A stretch of 64,000 nt of DNA, from the NCBI GenBank assembly GCA_036562625.1, contig DATCJV010000037.1:2012-66011 (forward strand), written 5' to 3'. The translations under genes were made by a program, and so were the position numbers. Below are positions 10,636 to 20,085 of the stretch, one piece after another. Source of the DNA: Bacillota bacterium. Its GTDB lineage: Bacteria > Bacillota > UBA4882 > UBA10575. The notes under the pieces were generated by a model. The model was not told the DNA's origin and did no database searches. It worked only from the letters and a program-made list of their open reading frames with translations. Numbering within the stretch: the first letter of the stretch is position 1; each line of letters opens with the position of its first letter.

Positions 10636-11199
10636 ATGAAGGCAACTGGAATAGTCCGGAGAATCGATGACCTGGGCCGAGTGGTAATCCCCAAGGAAAT
10701 ACGGAGAACCCTCCGGATCAGAGAGGGAGATCCTCTGGAAATCTTTGTTGACCGCGAAGGAGAGGTAATTCTAAAAAAGTATTCGCCCATCGGTGAATTG
10801 GGGGACTTTGCCAAAGAATATGCGGAATCCCTGCATGAATCAACTGGACATATCGCCTTAATTGCCGACAGGGATATTGTGGTGGCGGTGGCGGGGGCTC
10901 CCAAAAAAGAGTTTTTAGATAAAGCAATCTCCAAGGCTGTGGAAAAGGCCATTGAAGACCGGAGAGTGGTTCTGATGCCTAAACCCGGGGATCATAAATA
11001 CTGTGAAACCTGTGCTGTTTTGGATGATGAAGGTGAGTGTGATTTTACCGCACAGGTTATAGCGCCGATCATTGCTGAAGGGGATCCCATTGGCGCAGTT
11101 ATATTAACCTCCAGGGAACCGGGTGTAGTCATGGGAGAAATGGAAGTCAAAATTGCTGAAACCGCCGCCGGGTTTCTGGCCAAACAGATGGAGCAGTAG
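10636..11199 (+). CDS. spoVT: Stage V sporulation protein T (AbrB-family regulator with GAF-like C-terminal domain)
   Basis: MKATGIVRRIDDLGRVVIPKEIRRTLRIREGDPLEIF is a SpoVT/AbrB swapped-hairpin N-terminus. The 187-aa length and position after mfd also fit. Confidence 0.9.
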   Translation: MKATGIVRRIDDLGRVVIPKEIRRTLRIREGDPLEIFVDREGEVILKKYSPIGELGDFAKEYAESLHESTGHIALIADRDIVVAVAGAPKKEFLDKAISKAVEKAIEDRRVVLMPKPGDHKYCETCAVLDDEGECDFTAQVIAPIIAEGDPIGAVILTSREPGVVMGEMEVKIAETAAGFLAKQMEQ

Positions 11200-11348
11200 A
11201 TTAGTCAGGAAAACAACAACGGAAAACATTATCCAAAGACTGTGTGCGCCATCAAGTACAGTCGAATGAAAAGAAGAGAAGCGCTCCGTACTGACGCGCG
11301 CGTGATCATCAATGGTTTTGAAACCCCGGAAAGACCCGGGGTTACCAA

Positions 11349-11741
11349 CTATTTGGGACGAGTCGGCGCCATCATCCCGAGCAGGCTGGTTAGTAAAGCC
11401 GGATTGAAAGGTTGGTTTCCCCCGTGCGATGCTGAAGTGATGAACGGCCATAAAGTCATCAGCTGTTGAAGGGCAGGGTTTTGGGATTGCCCTACATAGA
11501 AACTGATTAATTGCCACAATTGATCTGTGTTTAATTGGCCATTCTGATCAAAGACTTTCAGTAATAGGTTCAGCACTTCTTGTCCTTTGGGACTTAGTTT
11601 GGGCGCTACTTCCCGGAGGGCTTCCAGATCTTCCGGAGGTAACCCTGCTCTCTTCTGAGAAACCTCATTTTCCGTTTTTCCTAGAGAACGTCTTTTATAC
11701 ACACGTTTACGAGGAAAAATCTTTTCCTCTTTTTCGGACAT
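11349..11741 (-). CDS. Hypothetical protein (basic N-terminus, Q/L-rich)
   Basis: AGGAGG lies 7 nt upstream of the ATG. I recognise no family. Confidence 0.5.
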   Translation of the reverse strand: MSEKEEKIFPRKRVYKRRSLGKTENEVSQKRAGLPPEDLEALREVAPKLSPKGQEVLNLLLKVFDQNGQLNTDQLWQLISFYVGQSQNPALQQLMTLWPFITSASHGGNQPFNPALLTSLLGMMAPTRPK

Positions 11742-11829
11742 ACCTGTACCTCCTCGCCCGATGTTTACTTCAAGGTATGCGCTTTCCGGGAAAAAAGTGT
11801 CTGTCCAGTAAAAGATGGAGGATTAGTCT

Positions 11830-12072
11830 ATGAGAAACAAGTTGACAGTGGTAGGACTATTGGTTAATAACCGGTCCGGTTCGGCGCCAAAAGTGCAGGA
11901 GATCATCACCAGGCATGGAACGGATGTCCTTTGCCGGATGGGGGTACCGACTCAAGATAAAGAGAATGGGTTAATCACTTTGGTCATGGACGGACCAGAG
12001 ACTTCCATCCAAGAGTTGATCAGCGATCTACAAGTTACAAAAGACGTTGTTGTACAGACCATGTCTTTCTAG
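11830..12072 (+). CDS. Small ACT-like protein, TM1266-type (putative iron-only hydrogenase system regulator family)
   Basis: An 80-aa protein with the pattern VVGLLV.NR......V..I....G..VLCRMGVP......GLITLV..G....I..L...L. This matches my recollection of the TM1266 family. Confidence 0.45.
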   Translation: MRNKLTVVGLLVNNRSGSAPKVQEIITRHGTDVLCRMGVPTQDKENGLITLVMDGPETSIQELISDLQVTKDVVVQTMSF

Positions 12073-12133
12073 GAAATGCTTGAGTATGCAGTGCACACGA
12101 GTCCGAGGGCGTGCTGGCATATTATATGGCATA

Positions 12134-12168
12134 AAAAAAGTGTTACGCTTTTTGTGTAACACTTTTTT
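12134..12168. terminator. Bidirectional rho-independent terminator between convergent genes
   Basis: AAAAAAGTGTTAC ... GTAACACTTTTTT, flanked by an A tract and a T tract. Confidence 0.8.
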
Positions 12169-12265
12169 GTATAATGTACGTAAAAAATGAATTTTGTAAT
12201 GGATTACCACTTTACTAGTTGAGTCCAAGTCATCTATGACCAGAAACGCTGAAAAGTAACGGTTT

Positions 12266-12976
12266 TTACCTGGAAGATATTTCCTTAATGATCAAGGGCA
12301 GTTCTTCCAAGGAACACTGAAAATCCGGCTTGACCTGTATCTCGCCTCTACTTATTAAGTGGTCCGTAATCAGGCAGGTTTTCATCCCAAGGTATGAGGC
12401 GACCAGATCTTCCTCCATATCGTTACCAATCATCATACACTCATGTGGATTAAGCGCAAGACGCTCCATGATTTCCTGGAAGTATTCGCGATTCGGTTTA
12501 CAAAAATGCATGTCTTCCAGAGCAGTAATCAGCCGGAAAGGGATCTCATGGCAATTGATCCAAGCCAGTCTTTCTAAGATGGCTTGAAGCGGAAAGAGAG
12601 GATTGGTTGCTAAAGTTACGGAGAATCCTTCACGTAGCGCATAATCAAGCACCAGGCGTGGTGTGTCCGTTGGTACTATGTGTTTTTTCAGCTTCGGAAA
12701 GTCGTGGTCATAAAACCTTTGAAAGATCGGCTCTAATTCCGGACGGGAAATACCGATTCGTTCTGTGAAATCCCTCCAAAACACTTCTTCGTTGGTGAGG
12801 TTGGGATCAAGGTTTTTTACCATCGCCATTGTACTGGCCATTAGCTGGGCGCCAAATTCTTTCTCTGGAATATTCGGAAAATGTAAAGCTAAAGCGTGTA
12901 TATAATGTTTCATAAAAAATTCCAGGTCGATCGGGAGTAATGTCCCGTCTAAATCGAAGAGTAGATGCTTGATCAT
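12266..12976 (-). CDS. HAD-superfamily hydrolase
   Basis: Motif I LLFDLDGTLL at the N-terminus and motif IV MIGNDMEEDL near the C-terminus. Confidence 0.8.
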   Translation of the reverse strand: MIKHLLFDLDGTLLPIDLEFFMKHYIHALALHFPNIPEKEFGAQLMASTMAMVKNLDPNLTNEEVFWRDFTERIGISRPELEPIFQRFYDHDFPKLKKHIVPTDTPRLVLDYALREGFSVTLATNPLFPLQAILERLAWINCHEIPFRLITALEDMHFCKPNREYFQEIMERLALNPHECMMIGNDMEEDLVASYLGMKTCLITDHLISRGEIQVKPDFQCSLEELPLIIKEISSR

Positions 12977-13158
12977 TAAGTTTCTTCCTTTCTTTTTTTT
13001 AAATCAAATGAAGCTCATGACTAGGAGTGGTTTTGTTACGTAGACAAATTTTTATAATTATTCTATCATTATCCATCTGTTTCCTCCCCAGTTATTGCAG
13101 TTCCGGAAAGAGGGATTAAATAATCGACACCGAATATCCAAGGGAGGAGGTTATCCTA

Positions 13159-14595
13159 GTGAAATCAATGGGATTAGTGGAACGAATTTGCGCATTAGGT
13201 TATGAAGAGGTACCAGCGGAGGCCGTAGGGTATAGGGTCTTTTTGCGGAAAGAACCGTTTCTGCGCAAGGTTTTTGTTTTAAGTGATAATGGCGATGATT
13301 TCCTCAAATGGAAAGAGTTCTTAAAGAAAACTGTCTTGCCTCTGCAGAGCGGGGAGTCGGCTTTCACCGTAGCTCTCCTCCTGCCACCGGGAGAGAAGGT
13401 CAGCCCGTTCTTGGCGGAGTATAACTGGATTGATACTATATGGAGCACTACTGGTTATGGGGTAAAGACCATTAAAAACGAAGCAAGCGCAGAACAGCAT
13501 TGGATGATCGAGGAAAGATTAATCTCTTCGACACTTGATCCGGTTCCGCAACAAAAAGAAGAGGTCGTGATCTATGAGGGCTCTATCGTTCCTTACCTAC
13601 TGTTGGCAGTAAATCTTTTGCTGTTTATATTAACCATCAGGCATGGTGATAGTCAAGATATTGAGGTCTTGATTAAAATGGGAGCCAAGTATAACCCAGG
13701 AATTTGGCTGGGTGAATGGTGGCGGCTACTCACCCCGCTCTTTCTGCATGCCGGATTCTTACATTTTTTTATGAATTCATATGCCCTTTATCAATTAGGA
13801 GTAGTGGTTGAACGGCTCTTTGGGAGAGAAAGATTCTTCTTTATCTATTTCTGCTCAGGAATTTTTGGCTCGGCCGTTGGCGCTTTCTTCCGTCCCGAGG
13901 CAATCTCCGTGGGGGCCTCAGGAGCGATCTTTGGCCTGTTCGGCGCCTTAGTATATTTCGGGTTGAGAAAGCCGGCAGCTTCCCGCCGCTTCTTTGGACG
14001 GTCGCTCTGGGTGACCATCGGGGTCAATCTCTTGCTGGGTTTTGTAATTCCGGGCATTGATTATCTTGCGCATCTGGGGGGACTAGTGGGGGGAGTATTG
14101 TGCGCCACTGCCGTCGGACTTGGACAAAAAGACATTCTTAGAAAAAGATGGTTTTGGCAGGGCGCTTACTTACTCTTTTTTTCCGTAGCGGTTTGGCTGG
14201 CTCTCACTCCGCCGGCAGTTAATTGGTATCAACCGTTGGAAGAGGGAAGAATCGCTCTGCAACAGGGGAACACCGCTCAAGCCATCAGCAGCCTAGAAGA
14301 GAGTTATCATTTGAAGCCCGATAATTCTTTGGTCCGGGCTTATCTCTTGCAGGCTTATATATCCAGTCTACCTCAGTTGTACGAAGAAAATGATGCAGAA
14401 GCAATAGTCCGGACCTATCAGCGGATGATTCAGATCGAAGATTACTGGGTATATCATTTTAACTTGGGAAGGACTTATTTTTACCAGCAGCAGTATGCGG
14501 CCGCCAAGAAGGAATTTTTAGAGGTTTTGAGGTTAAACCCGGAAAATCAAGATGCCCGCCGGATCCTGCAAATATTGGAGGAGCATGGATACTGA
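13159..14595 (+). CDS. Rhomboid-family intramembrane serine protease with C-terminal TPR repeats (GluP-like)
   Basis: Rhomboid core with HFFMNSYALY, catalytic GASGAIFGLFGA and HLGGLVGG. The C-terminus has TPR-like repeats (QGNTAQAISSLEESY..., YAAAKKEFLEVLRLNPEN). Confidence 0.85.
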   Translation: MKSMGLVERICALGYEEVPAEAVGYRVFLRKEPFLRKVFVLSDNGDDFLKWKEFLKKTVLPLQSGESAFTVALLLPPGEKVSPFLAEYNWIDTIWSTTGYGVKTIKNEASAEQHWMIEERLISSTLDPVPQQKEEVVIYEGSIVPYLLLAVNLLLFILTIRHGDSQDIEVLIKMGAKYNPGIWLGEWWRLLTPLFLHAGFLHFFMNSYALYQLGVVVERLFGRERFFFIYFCSGIFGSAVGAFFRPEAISVGASGAIFGLFGALVYFGLRKPAASRRFFGRSLWVTIGVNLLLGFVIPGIDYLAHLGGLVGGVLCATAVGLGQKDILRKRWFWQGAYLLFFSVAVWLALTPPAVNWYQPLEEGRIALQQGNTAQAISSLEESYHLKPDNSLVRAYLLQAYISSLPQLYEENDAEAIVRTYQRMIQIEDYWVYHFNLGRTYFYQQQYAAAKKEFLEVLRLNPENQDARRILQILEEHGY

Positions 14596-14629
14596 AGGGA
14601 TACTGAAGAGATCCGAAGGCTGGAAAAGC

Positions 14630-14661
14630 GCTCCCCATAACTTTTCCGCTTTATGGGGAGC
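14630..14661. terminator. Bidirectional terminator between the rhomboid gene and cimA
   Basis: GCTCCCCATAA ... TTATGGGGAGC with AAAA upstream and TTTTATT downstream. Confidence 0.8.
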
Positions 14662-14704
14662 TTTTATTAATATAATATGAATCTCACTTAAAAAAGTAGG
14701 GTAT

Positions 14705-16312
14705 TTAGCAGCCGACACGGGAAGGACCTTTGTTGGCTTGTTTTTTTCTTGCTTGCCGTTCCAGGATACCATACTCGATACTGTCCACCAACGCTTGCCA
14801 GCTAGCTTCGATAATGTTCTCCGAGGCGCCGACTGTTCCCCAGTGCTTATGACCATCGGAGGTATCAATTAAAACACGGACGGCGGCGGCGGTCCCTTTG
14901 TTCTCTTCTAGAACGCGCACTTTATAGTCGACCAAATTGAAATCTTTAATTTCCGGGTAAAAACGGAGTAAGGCCTTGCGAATCGCCATGTCCAAGGCAT
15001 TAACCGGACCATCGCCTTCTGCGGCGGTTAATTCTTCCTCGCCATTGACCGTAACTTTGATGGTAGCTTCTGTCAAAGCCGGCTGATTTCCTCTTTTCTC
15101 CACAATAATCCTGAACCCGTCCAAAGAAAAAACTTCATCATATAAGTCAAAAGCTTTTTTGATCAGGAGCTCAAAAGAAGCCTCGGCTGCTTCAAATTGA
15201 TAGCCTAAGCTCTCCAGCTCTTTGAGTTTATCAGTTAATTCGCCGATCTTCGGATGATCTTTGGTGAGATCGGGAACCAGTTTTTCGGCTTTAATCAATA
15301 CTGTACTGCGTCCAGCTTGATCCGACAAGAGAAACCGGCGTTCGTTGCCGACGGAAGACGGGTCAACGTGTTCGAAAGTATGCATATTCTTTTTGACGGC
15401 GTCTATATGCATACCAGCTTTATGGGCGAAGGCCGACGAACCAACATAAGGCAGGCGTGTGTCATGGGTCAAGTTGGACAGTTCCGAGATAAATTTGGAT
15501 GTTTCCGTTAAAGCGCTTAGATTTGGGGTGATGGCTGATTCATATCCCAGTTTGAGGAGGAGGTTAGGAATGATCGTGCACAAATTGGCATTTCCACAGC
15601 GTTCGCCGTAGCCGTTGAAAGTCCCCTGTACTTGAACTGCGCCTTCTTGAACCGAAAGGATGGAGATGGCCGTCGCCATTCCACAGTCGTTATGGATATG
15701 AACACCAAGGGGGGCGGTGATTACTGAACGCACCTTCCGTAAAATCTCTATGGCTTCATATGGTAAGGTTCCACCGTTGGTATCGCAGAGTACGATAAAA
15801 TCCGCTCCACCGCGCAGAGCAGCTTGTAAAGTTTGAATGGCATATTCAGGGTTGCGTTTAAATCCGTCATAAAAGTGTTCCGCATCATAGATTACTTCTT
15901 TATTATGCTTTTTTAAATAGGAGACAGAGCCTTCAATAATCTTCAAATTTTCTTCCAAGGAAACACGGAGGACTTCATTGACATGAAAGTCCCAGGATTT
16001 GCCAAAGATGGCGATGGCGGGGGTACCGGCGGCCAGCAAGTTTTGGAGAACCGGATCATTTTCTTCGGTGTTTCCCGCCCGTCTGGTGCTGCCGAAAGCC
16101 ACTAATTTAGCGTGGGAAAACTGATAATTGCTGATTTTACGGAAGAATTCCATGTCCTTAGGATTGGAACCCGGCCATCCTCCTTCAATATAATCCACTC
16201 CAAGCTCATCAAGTTTCTTTGCAATCTTGATCTTGTCTTCCACAGAAAAATAGACATTTTCGCCTTGGGCACCGTCGCGTAGAGTAGTATCATATATCAA
16301 GACTTTGGACAT
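14705..16312 (-). CDS. cimA: (R)-citramalate synthase (2-isopropylmalate synthase/homocitrate synthase family)
   Basis: IYDTTLRDGAQGENVYFSVEDKIKIAKKLDELGVDYIEGGWPGSNPKD and HIHNDCGMA, plus a LeuA-dimer type C-terminal regulatory domain. The N-terminal pattern and about 535-aa length match CimA. Confidence 0.8.
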   Translation of the reverse strand: MSKVLIYDTTLRDGAQGENVYFSVEDKIKIAKKLDELGVDYIEGGWPGSNPKDMEFFRKISNYQFSHAKLVAFGSTRRAGNTEENDPVLQNLLAAGTPAIAIFGKSWDFHVNEVLRVSLEENLKIIEGSVSYLKKHNKEVIYDAEHFYDGFKRNPEYAIQTLQAALRGGADFIVLCDTNGGTLPYEAIEILRKVRSVITAPLGVHIHNDCGMATAISILSVQEGAVQVQGTFNGYGERCGNANLCTIIPNLLLKLGYESAITPNLSALTETSKFISELSNLTHDTRLPYVGSSAFAHKAGMHIDAVKKNMHTFEHVDPSSVGNERRFLLSDQAGRSTVLIKAEKLVPDLTKDHPKIGELTDKLKELESLGYQFEAAEASFELLIKKAFDLYDEVFSLDGFRIIVEKRGNQPALTEATIKVTVNGEEELTAAEGDGPVNALDMAIRKALLRFYPEIKDFNLVDYKVRVLEENKGTAAAVRVLIDTSDGHKHWGTVGASENIIEASWQALVDSIEYGILERQARKKQANKGPSRVGC

Positions 16313-16496
16313 AAGGAGATGCCTCCTTCCGATTAAGTATTGGTCTTATTTTATGCGAGGATAAGTTGAGTGTCAATATTCTATGAACGTTTTTGTGTGA
16401 AAATACTACAAATGCTTCATACCATGGTCACACAGTCGAATTGCGCTCATAAAATAAAGAGGCGCCCCTATAAAAAGGAGTTTCCAAGAGAGGGAT

Positions 16497-17756
16497 TTGA
16501 GTATGGGCCGTTGGGCATTGGTCAAGGTTGAAGAATTACCACTGGGTGAAAGACCGTTATCTTTTGGGATAAAAGGCCGTGACGTGCGAGAACTCCAAAC
16601 AATCCTGCAGGAGTTAAGATTGTTGCCATGCGAACCAACCGGAGAATATGATTATCTGACCATGGAGGCGGTAAGGAACTTTCAAAAGAGTTTTTCCATT
16701 TATCCGGATGGGAAAGCCGGATTCCAGACTATTAAAATGTTGAAGGAACCCGGTATTCAGGAACGTCTATATGTAAAAGTTGGTGAGCAAGCGGGTTTGG
16801 CAGACCTCGGGTTGGCGAATTCAGTCAATCCGTTGGTGTTCAAGAACCCGGAAAACAGAAGGAAGATTAGGCAACAACCGGCCAATGGGGAGGTGCTAAT
16901 CGAGAAGCGGGAAGTCTGGACGGCCGGGTTTGATTTAAAGCGGGAAGAGATCCGGGGTGCAGGTTACTCTGGATTTTTGCTGGAGACCGGTCATAAGCTG
17001 ACCGCAGAGCAACAAAGGGACAGCTACGGAAGAGCCATACGGGAAGAGTTGAAGACTTTTCATCTATATTTATTATCGGTAAACACCAAGGAGGAGAAGA
17101 AGGAAGCCTTCTTTGTGCAAAAAGGGGTTGTTTATGACCTAAGAGAGGAGAAACGCATCTCCGGAAAGACCCGGAGGAAGGTTAGTAAACGGAGACTCCC
17201 GTACGGACGGTTGAAGCAGAGGGGCATGGATAATGACTCTTTAGTTTTTTGGTGGTTATCCCCGGGAGAGAAGATTTATTGTACTCTTCCCACTCTTCAG
17301 GAAGCGGACGGAATAATCGTTACTCCACCCATCCATGTGGAGAGTGGATACTCCCATCAAGTGTGGCAGAGGGAGATCAGAAGATTGATCCGGGTTTACC
17401 CTTGTACCAGAATCCTGGTGCATTTTGACTTAAGAGGACGGGAGAGAACTGGAGACGGGGAAGAAAACTGGCTTACCTTTTATGAGACGAAAGCCTTACG
17501 TTTATCCGGTATGGGGTCCGGCAGCATCACCCGGCGCCGGTTGGAAGACGAAGGGTGGATCCATGTCTGTTATGAAAAAGAGGGTAAAGCAAGAGAGGCC
17601 TTACTTTCGGATATCCATACTTTGCGAGGAATCTTGGCCCGCGTGGATCGGATGAATTTGGCCGGAGTGGTGATTACGGGCGCCGATTTTATTCAGGAAC
17701 GGTTGTCAAGTGAACTGAACCGTTTTTTTACCGTGGCTCCTAGAAGGTGGGTCTGA
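16497..17756 (+). CDS. Peptidoglycan-binding (PG_binding_1) domain protein with an unassigned C-terminal domain
   Basis: GIKGRDVRELQTILQELRLL...EAVRNFQKSFSIYPDGKAG is a PG_binding_1 repeat. I do not recognise the remaining ~330 aa. The ATG at 16503 is an alternative start. Confidence 0.55.
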   Translation: MSMGRWALVKVEELPLGERPLSFGIKGRDVRELQTILQELRLLPCEPTGEYDYLTMEAVRNFQKSFSIYPDGKAGFQTIKMLKEPGIQERLYVKVGEQAGLADLGLANSVNPLVFKNPENRRKIRQQPANGEVLIEKREVWTAGFDLKREEIRGAGYSGFLLETGHKLTAEQQRDSYGRAIREELKTFHLYLLSVNTKEEKKEAFFVQKGVVYDLREEKRISGKTRRKVSKRRLPYGRLKQRGMDNDSLVFWWLSPGEKIYCTLPTLQEADGIIVTPPIHVESGYSHQVWQREIRRLIRVYPCTRILVHFDLRGRERTGDGEENWLTFYETKALRLSGMGSGSITRRRLEDEGWIHVCYEKEGKAREALLSDIHTLRGILARVDRMNLAGVVITGADFIQERLSSELNRFFTVAPRRWV

Positions 17757-17860
17757 ACCGATGGTTCCGCGCATATGAATTAGGTGTGAACCCCCGTATA
17801 TGAAAGCCCTAGAAAGGAGGGTAGGGTTGCGGGTGGATTCGATTTAAGGAGGGAGATACT

Positions 17861-19474
17861 ATGCTGGAATGTCGGTACGAACAGGTGAGAACAACTCAAG
17901 TTCTGGTCGCGGATGAACAGGTCGTTTTTTTAGAGGGTGAACTGGTCTTGCCTGATGTTTGCCGGGAAGTGCGGAAGATCTATTCCTGTCGGGGTTATCT
18001 GGGTGAAATCAGAGGCGAGCTTGACGGGAAGAGTCTGTCCCTTTCCGGGCAGGTTGAAGCGCACCTGACTTATGAAGGACAGACCGGGACGGAAGAGAGG
18101 CCAGAATATGGGTATACCTGGCAAGGACCAAATGCGATTGTTTTTGCAGAGAAGATTGTCTTACCTGAAGTCGCAAGCGGGCAGAACGTGGAGTGGGATT
18201 GGGACACGGAGCTTCTCGCTTTTTCCATGGAGGTTTTATCCGGGCGAAAGGTCAGGTTCCATGCGGAAGTGGGTGTAAAGTTTAAAGCAGGGGTGGAAAA
18301 AGCTCTCACCTACCTAAATAATCTGGAGACAGAAGCCAGGATTGAGACGGTTACAGAACGGATCGTCCCGGAAGAGTTGGTGGCAAGCGTTAAGGGTAGT
18401 AAAGAAGTGAACAATCAGTATCAAATATCCTATCCAAAGGCTCCGATTGCCAGAATTATTGGGAGTGATGCCAAACCGGTCGGGGTGAAGGCGGTTGCTT
18501 CCAAGGGACGAGTTACTATAGAGGGTTTTCTGGAGGTTAATGTGGTCTATGTTTCCCTGGGCGCCGATGGGGAGGAGAGCGGAGTTAAAGCAGTGAATTG
18601 GAATCAGCAAAACGGAGGAGCCCTTCCTTTCCAAATTGTTTTAGAGGAACCAAGGGCCCAAACAGAACAGGTCTCTTTTACCAGAGTCTGGGTGGAGTCT
18701 TTGACGCTGACTTCTCCTCATCCGGAGGTTTGTCGGTTGCAAGCTGTATTGGGAGCAAAGGCGGAACTGCTCAACACCCGGACTGTGCAAGTAATCGTAG
18801 AGGCCACCGTGGAAGCAGGGATTTTGGATGTCCTGCGCCAGGATTGTGAAGTAGAAGAAATTGTCGGCGAAGCGGAGAAGGTATTACGGCTGGAAAAGAA
18901 CCTGACTCTGCCTACAGAAAGCCCCAACCTCGAGGAGATACTGATGATCTCCTCTTCCCGGCCGCGGATAATTGAATGCCAAGCCGACACGGACCGGGTC
19001 TTTCTCGAAGGCGAAGTCTACTTCACCCTTCTTTATCTCGGTGAGGGAGAAACAGATGCCGTGTTGACGAGTGCGTTCTGGGGATCACGGAGCATGGATA
19101 AGGCCGTCTTCGGCGAATTTATTGATCTGCCGGGAGTAGAAGAAGGAATGTCCGCCTCAGTTTACCTGGAGGAAGACGGAATTGATCTGGAGATTATGGA
19201 TGAGCGTTCCGTAAAGGTAAGTGTTGCCTACCGGGTGCGAGTGACCGTGAAAGCCAAAAAAAGGCTCTCTGTAGTTCGGGACTGCGCCTTAGTTACCGAA
19301 GATGAACGACCCAAACCCAGTATGCTCTTTTATTTTGTGCAAAAAGGCGATAACTTGTGGAAAGTAGCCAGACGTTATAATACCACAATGAAAGCTATTG
19401 CCGAAGCTAATAACCTGCCGGAAGAGGAGGAATTGGTGGAAGGGAGAAAGCTGCTTATTCACATAAAGAGATAA
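17861..19474 (+). CDS. LysM and DUF3794/SPOCS-like protein (SipL/SpoVID-like spore coat morphogenesis candidate)
   Basis: C-terminal LysM YFVQKGDNLWKVARRYNTTMKAIAEANNL. The repetitive beta-rich N-terminal region resembles clostridial DUF3794-LysM proteins. Confidence 0.55.
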   Translation: MLECRYEQVRTTQVLVADEQVVFLEGELVLPDVCREVRKIYSCRGYLGEIRGELDGKSLSLSGQVEAHLTYEGQTGTEERPEYGYTWQGPNAIVFAEKIVLPEVASGQNVEWDWDTELLAFSMEVLSGRKVRFHAEVGVKFKAGVEKALTYLNNLETEARIETVTERIVPEELVASVKGSKEVNNQYQISYPKAPIARIIGSDAKPVGVKAVASKGRVTIEGFLEVNVVYVSLGADGEESGVKAVNWNQQNGGALPFQIVLEEPRAQTEQVSFTRVWVESLTLTSPHPEVCRLQAVLGAKAELLNTRTVQVIVEATVEAGILDVLRQDCEVEEIVGEAEKVLRLEKNLTLPTESPNLEEILMISSSRPRIIECQADTDRVFLEGEVYFTLLYLGEGETDAVLTSAFWGSRSMDKAVFGEFIDLPGVEEGMSASVYLEEDGIDLEIMDERSVKVSVAYRVRVTVKAKKRLSVVRDCALVTEDERPKPSMLFYFVQKGDNLWKVARRYNTTMKAIAEANNLPEEEELVEGRKLLIHIKR

Positions 19475-19489
19475 AGGTCTCCGCACCAA

Positions 19490-19522
19490 GTAGCCACCGG
19501 TTACCGGTGGCTACTTTATTTC
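19490..19522 (+). terminator. Rho-independent terminator
   Basis: GTAGCCACCGG-TTA-CCGGTGGCTAC followed by TTTATTT. Confidence 0.75.
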
Positions 19523-19645
19523 ATGGGAAAAGTAAAACCGACGGGGTTGACAAGCCTAAGGGTTTGTTTTATATTTATAGGTTGATGGGGTATAGTTGGG
19601 GTCTCCCAAACCTGATCCAATCATCATATAGCTGGAGGTGCAGGG

Positions 19646-19891
19646 ATGCCTACTTATGATTACAATTGTTCGTCTTGTGGGGATTTTGAGTATTTTCAAA
19701 AAATAACTGACGAACCCTTGAAGACGTGCCCCAAATGCGGCGGTGCGGTAAAACGGTTAATTAGCAAGAATGCTAATATCATATTTAAGGGGCCGGGTTT
19801 CTATATCACCGACTCCCGGAAACCGGATTATCAGAACAAAGCCAAAGCAGAAGCCGGAGAGAACGACAAGAAGGAAACAAAAGCCTCATAG
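19646..19891 (+). CDS. FmdB-family zinc-ribbon protein
   Basis: [12 protein letters not shown]...CPKCGG, the CxxC...CxxC arrangement typical of the FmdB/CxxC_CxxC_SSSS family. Confidence 0.8.
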   Translation: MPTYDYNCSSCGDFEYFQKITDEPLKTCPKCGGAVKRLISKNANIIFKGPGFYITDSRKPDYQNKAKAEAGENDKKETKAS

Positions 19892-19930
19892 AGGAAGAAT
19901 TTAAACAAAAAAATTAAACAATCAATAATA

Positions 19931-19958
19931 AAAGGTCACTGACCAGTGACCTTTTATT
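19931..19958 (+). terminator. Rho-independent terminator
   Basis: AAAGGTCACTG-AC-CAGTGACCTTT followed by TATT. Confidence 0.7.
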
Positions 19959-20085
19959 GGTGTATAATGGTATGTAGTACGCGCCGTTTCTACGTAATAG
20001 TCATCTGTCAAGAACGCTTGGGAATACGGGGAACGGAAAATGGATATCTGCGCGAACAAGGGGCCAGAAGAGTTTTTCTAAGGAG

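Noticed and set aside
11104-11517. 137-aa minus-strand and 75-aa plus-strand ORFs between spoVT and the 130-aa gene
   Set aside because: They overlap the spoVT 3' end and the better-supported 11349-11741 CDS (which has AGGAGG at correct spacing). No RBS was seen for them.
19959-20085. T-box leader upstream of argS
   Set aside because: Only about 125 nt are available. There is no recognisable T-box sequence (AANNNGGGTGGTACCGCG-like), specifier loop or terminator/antiterminator pair.
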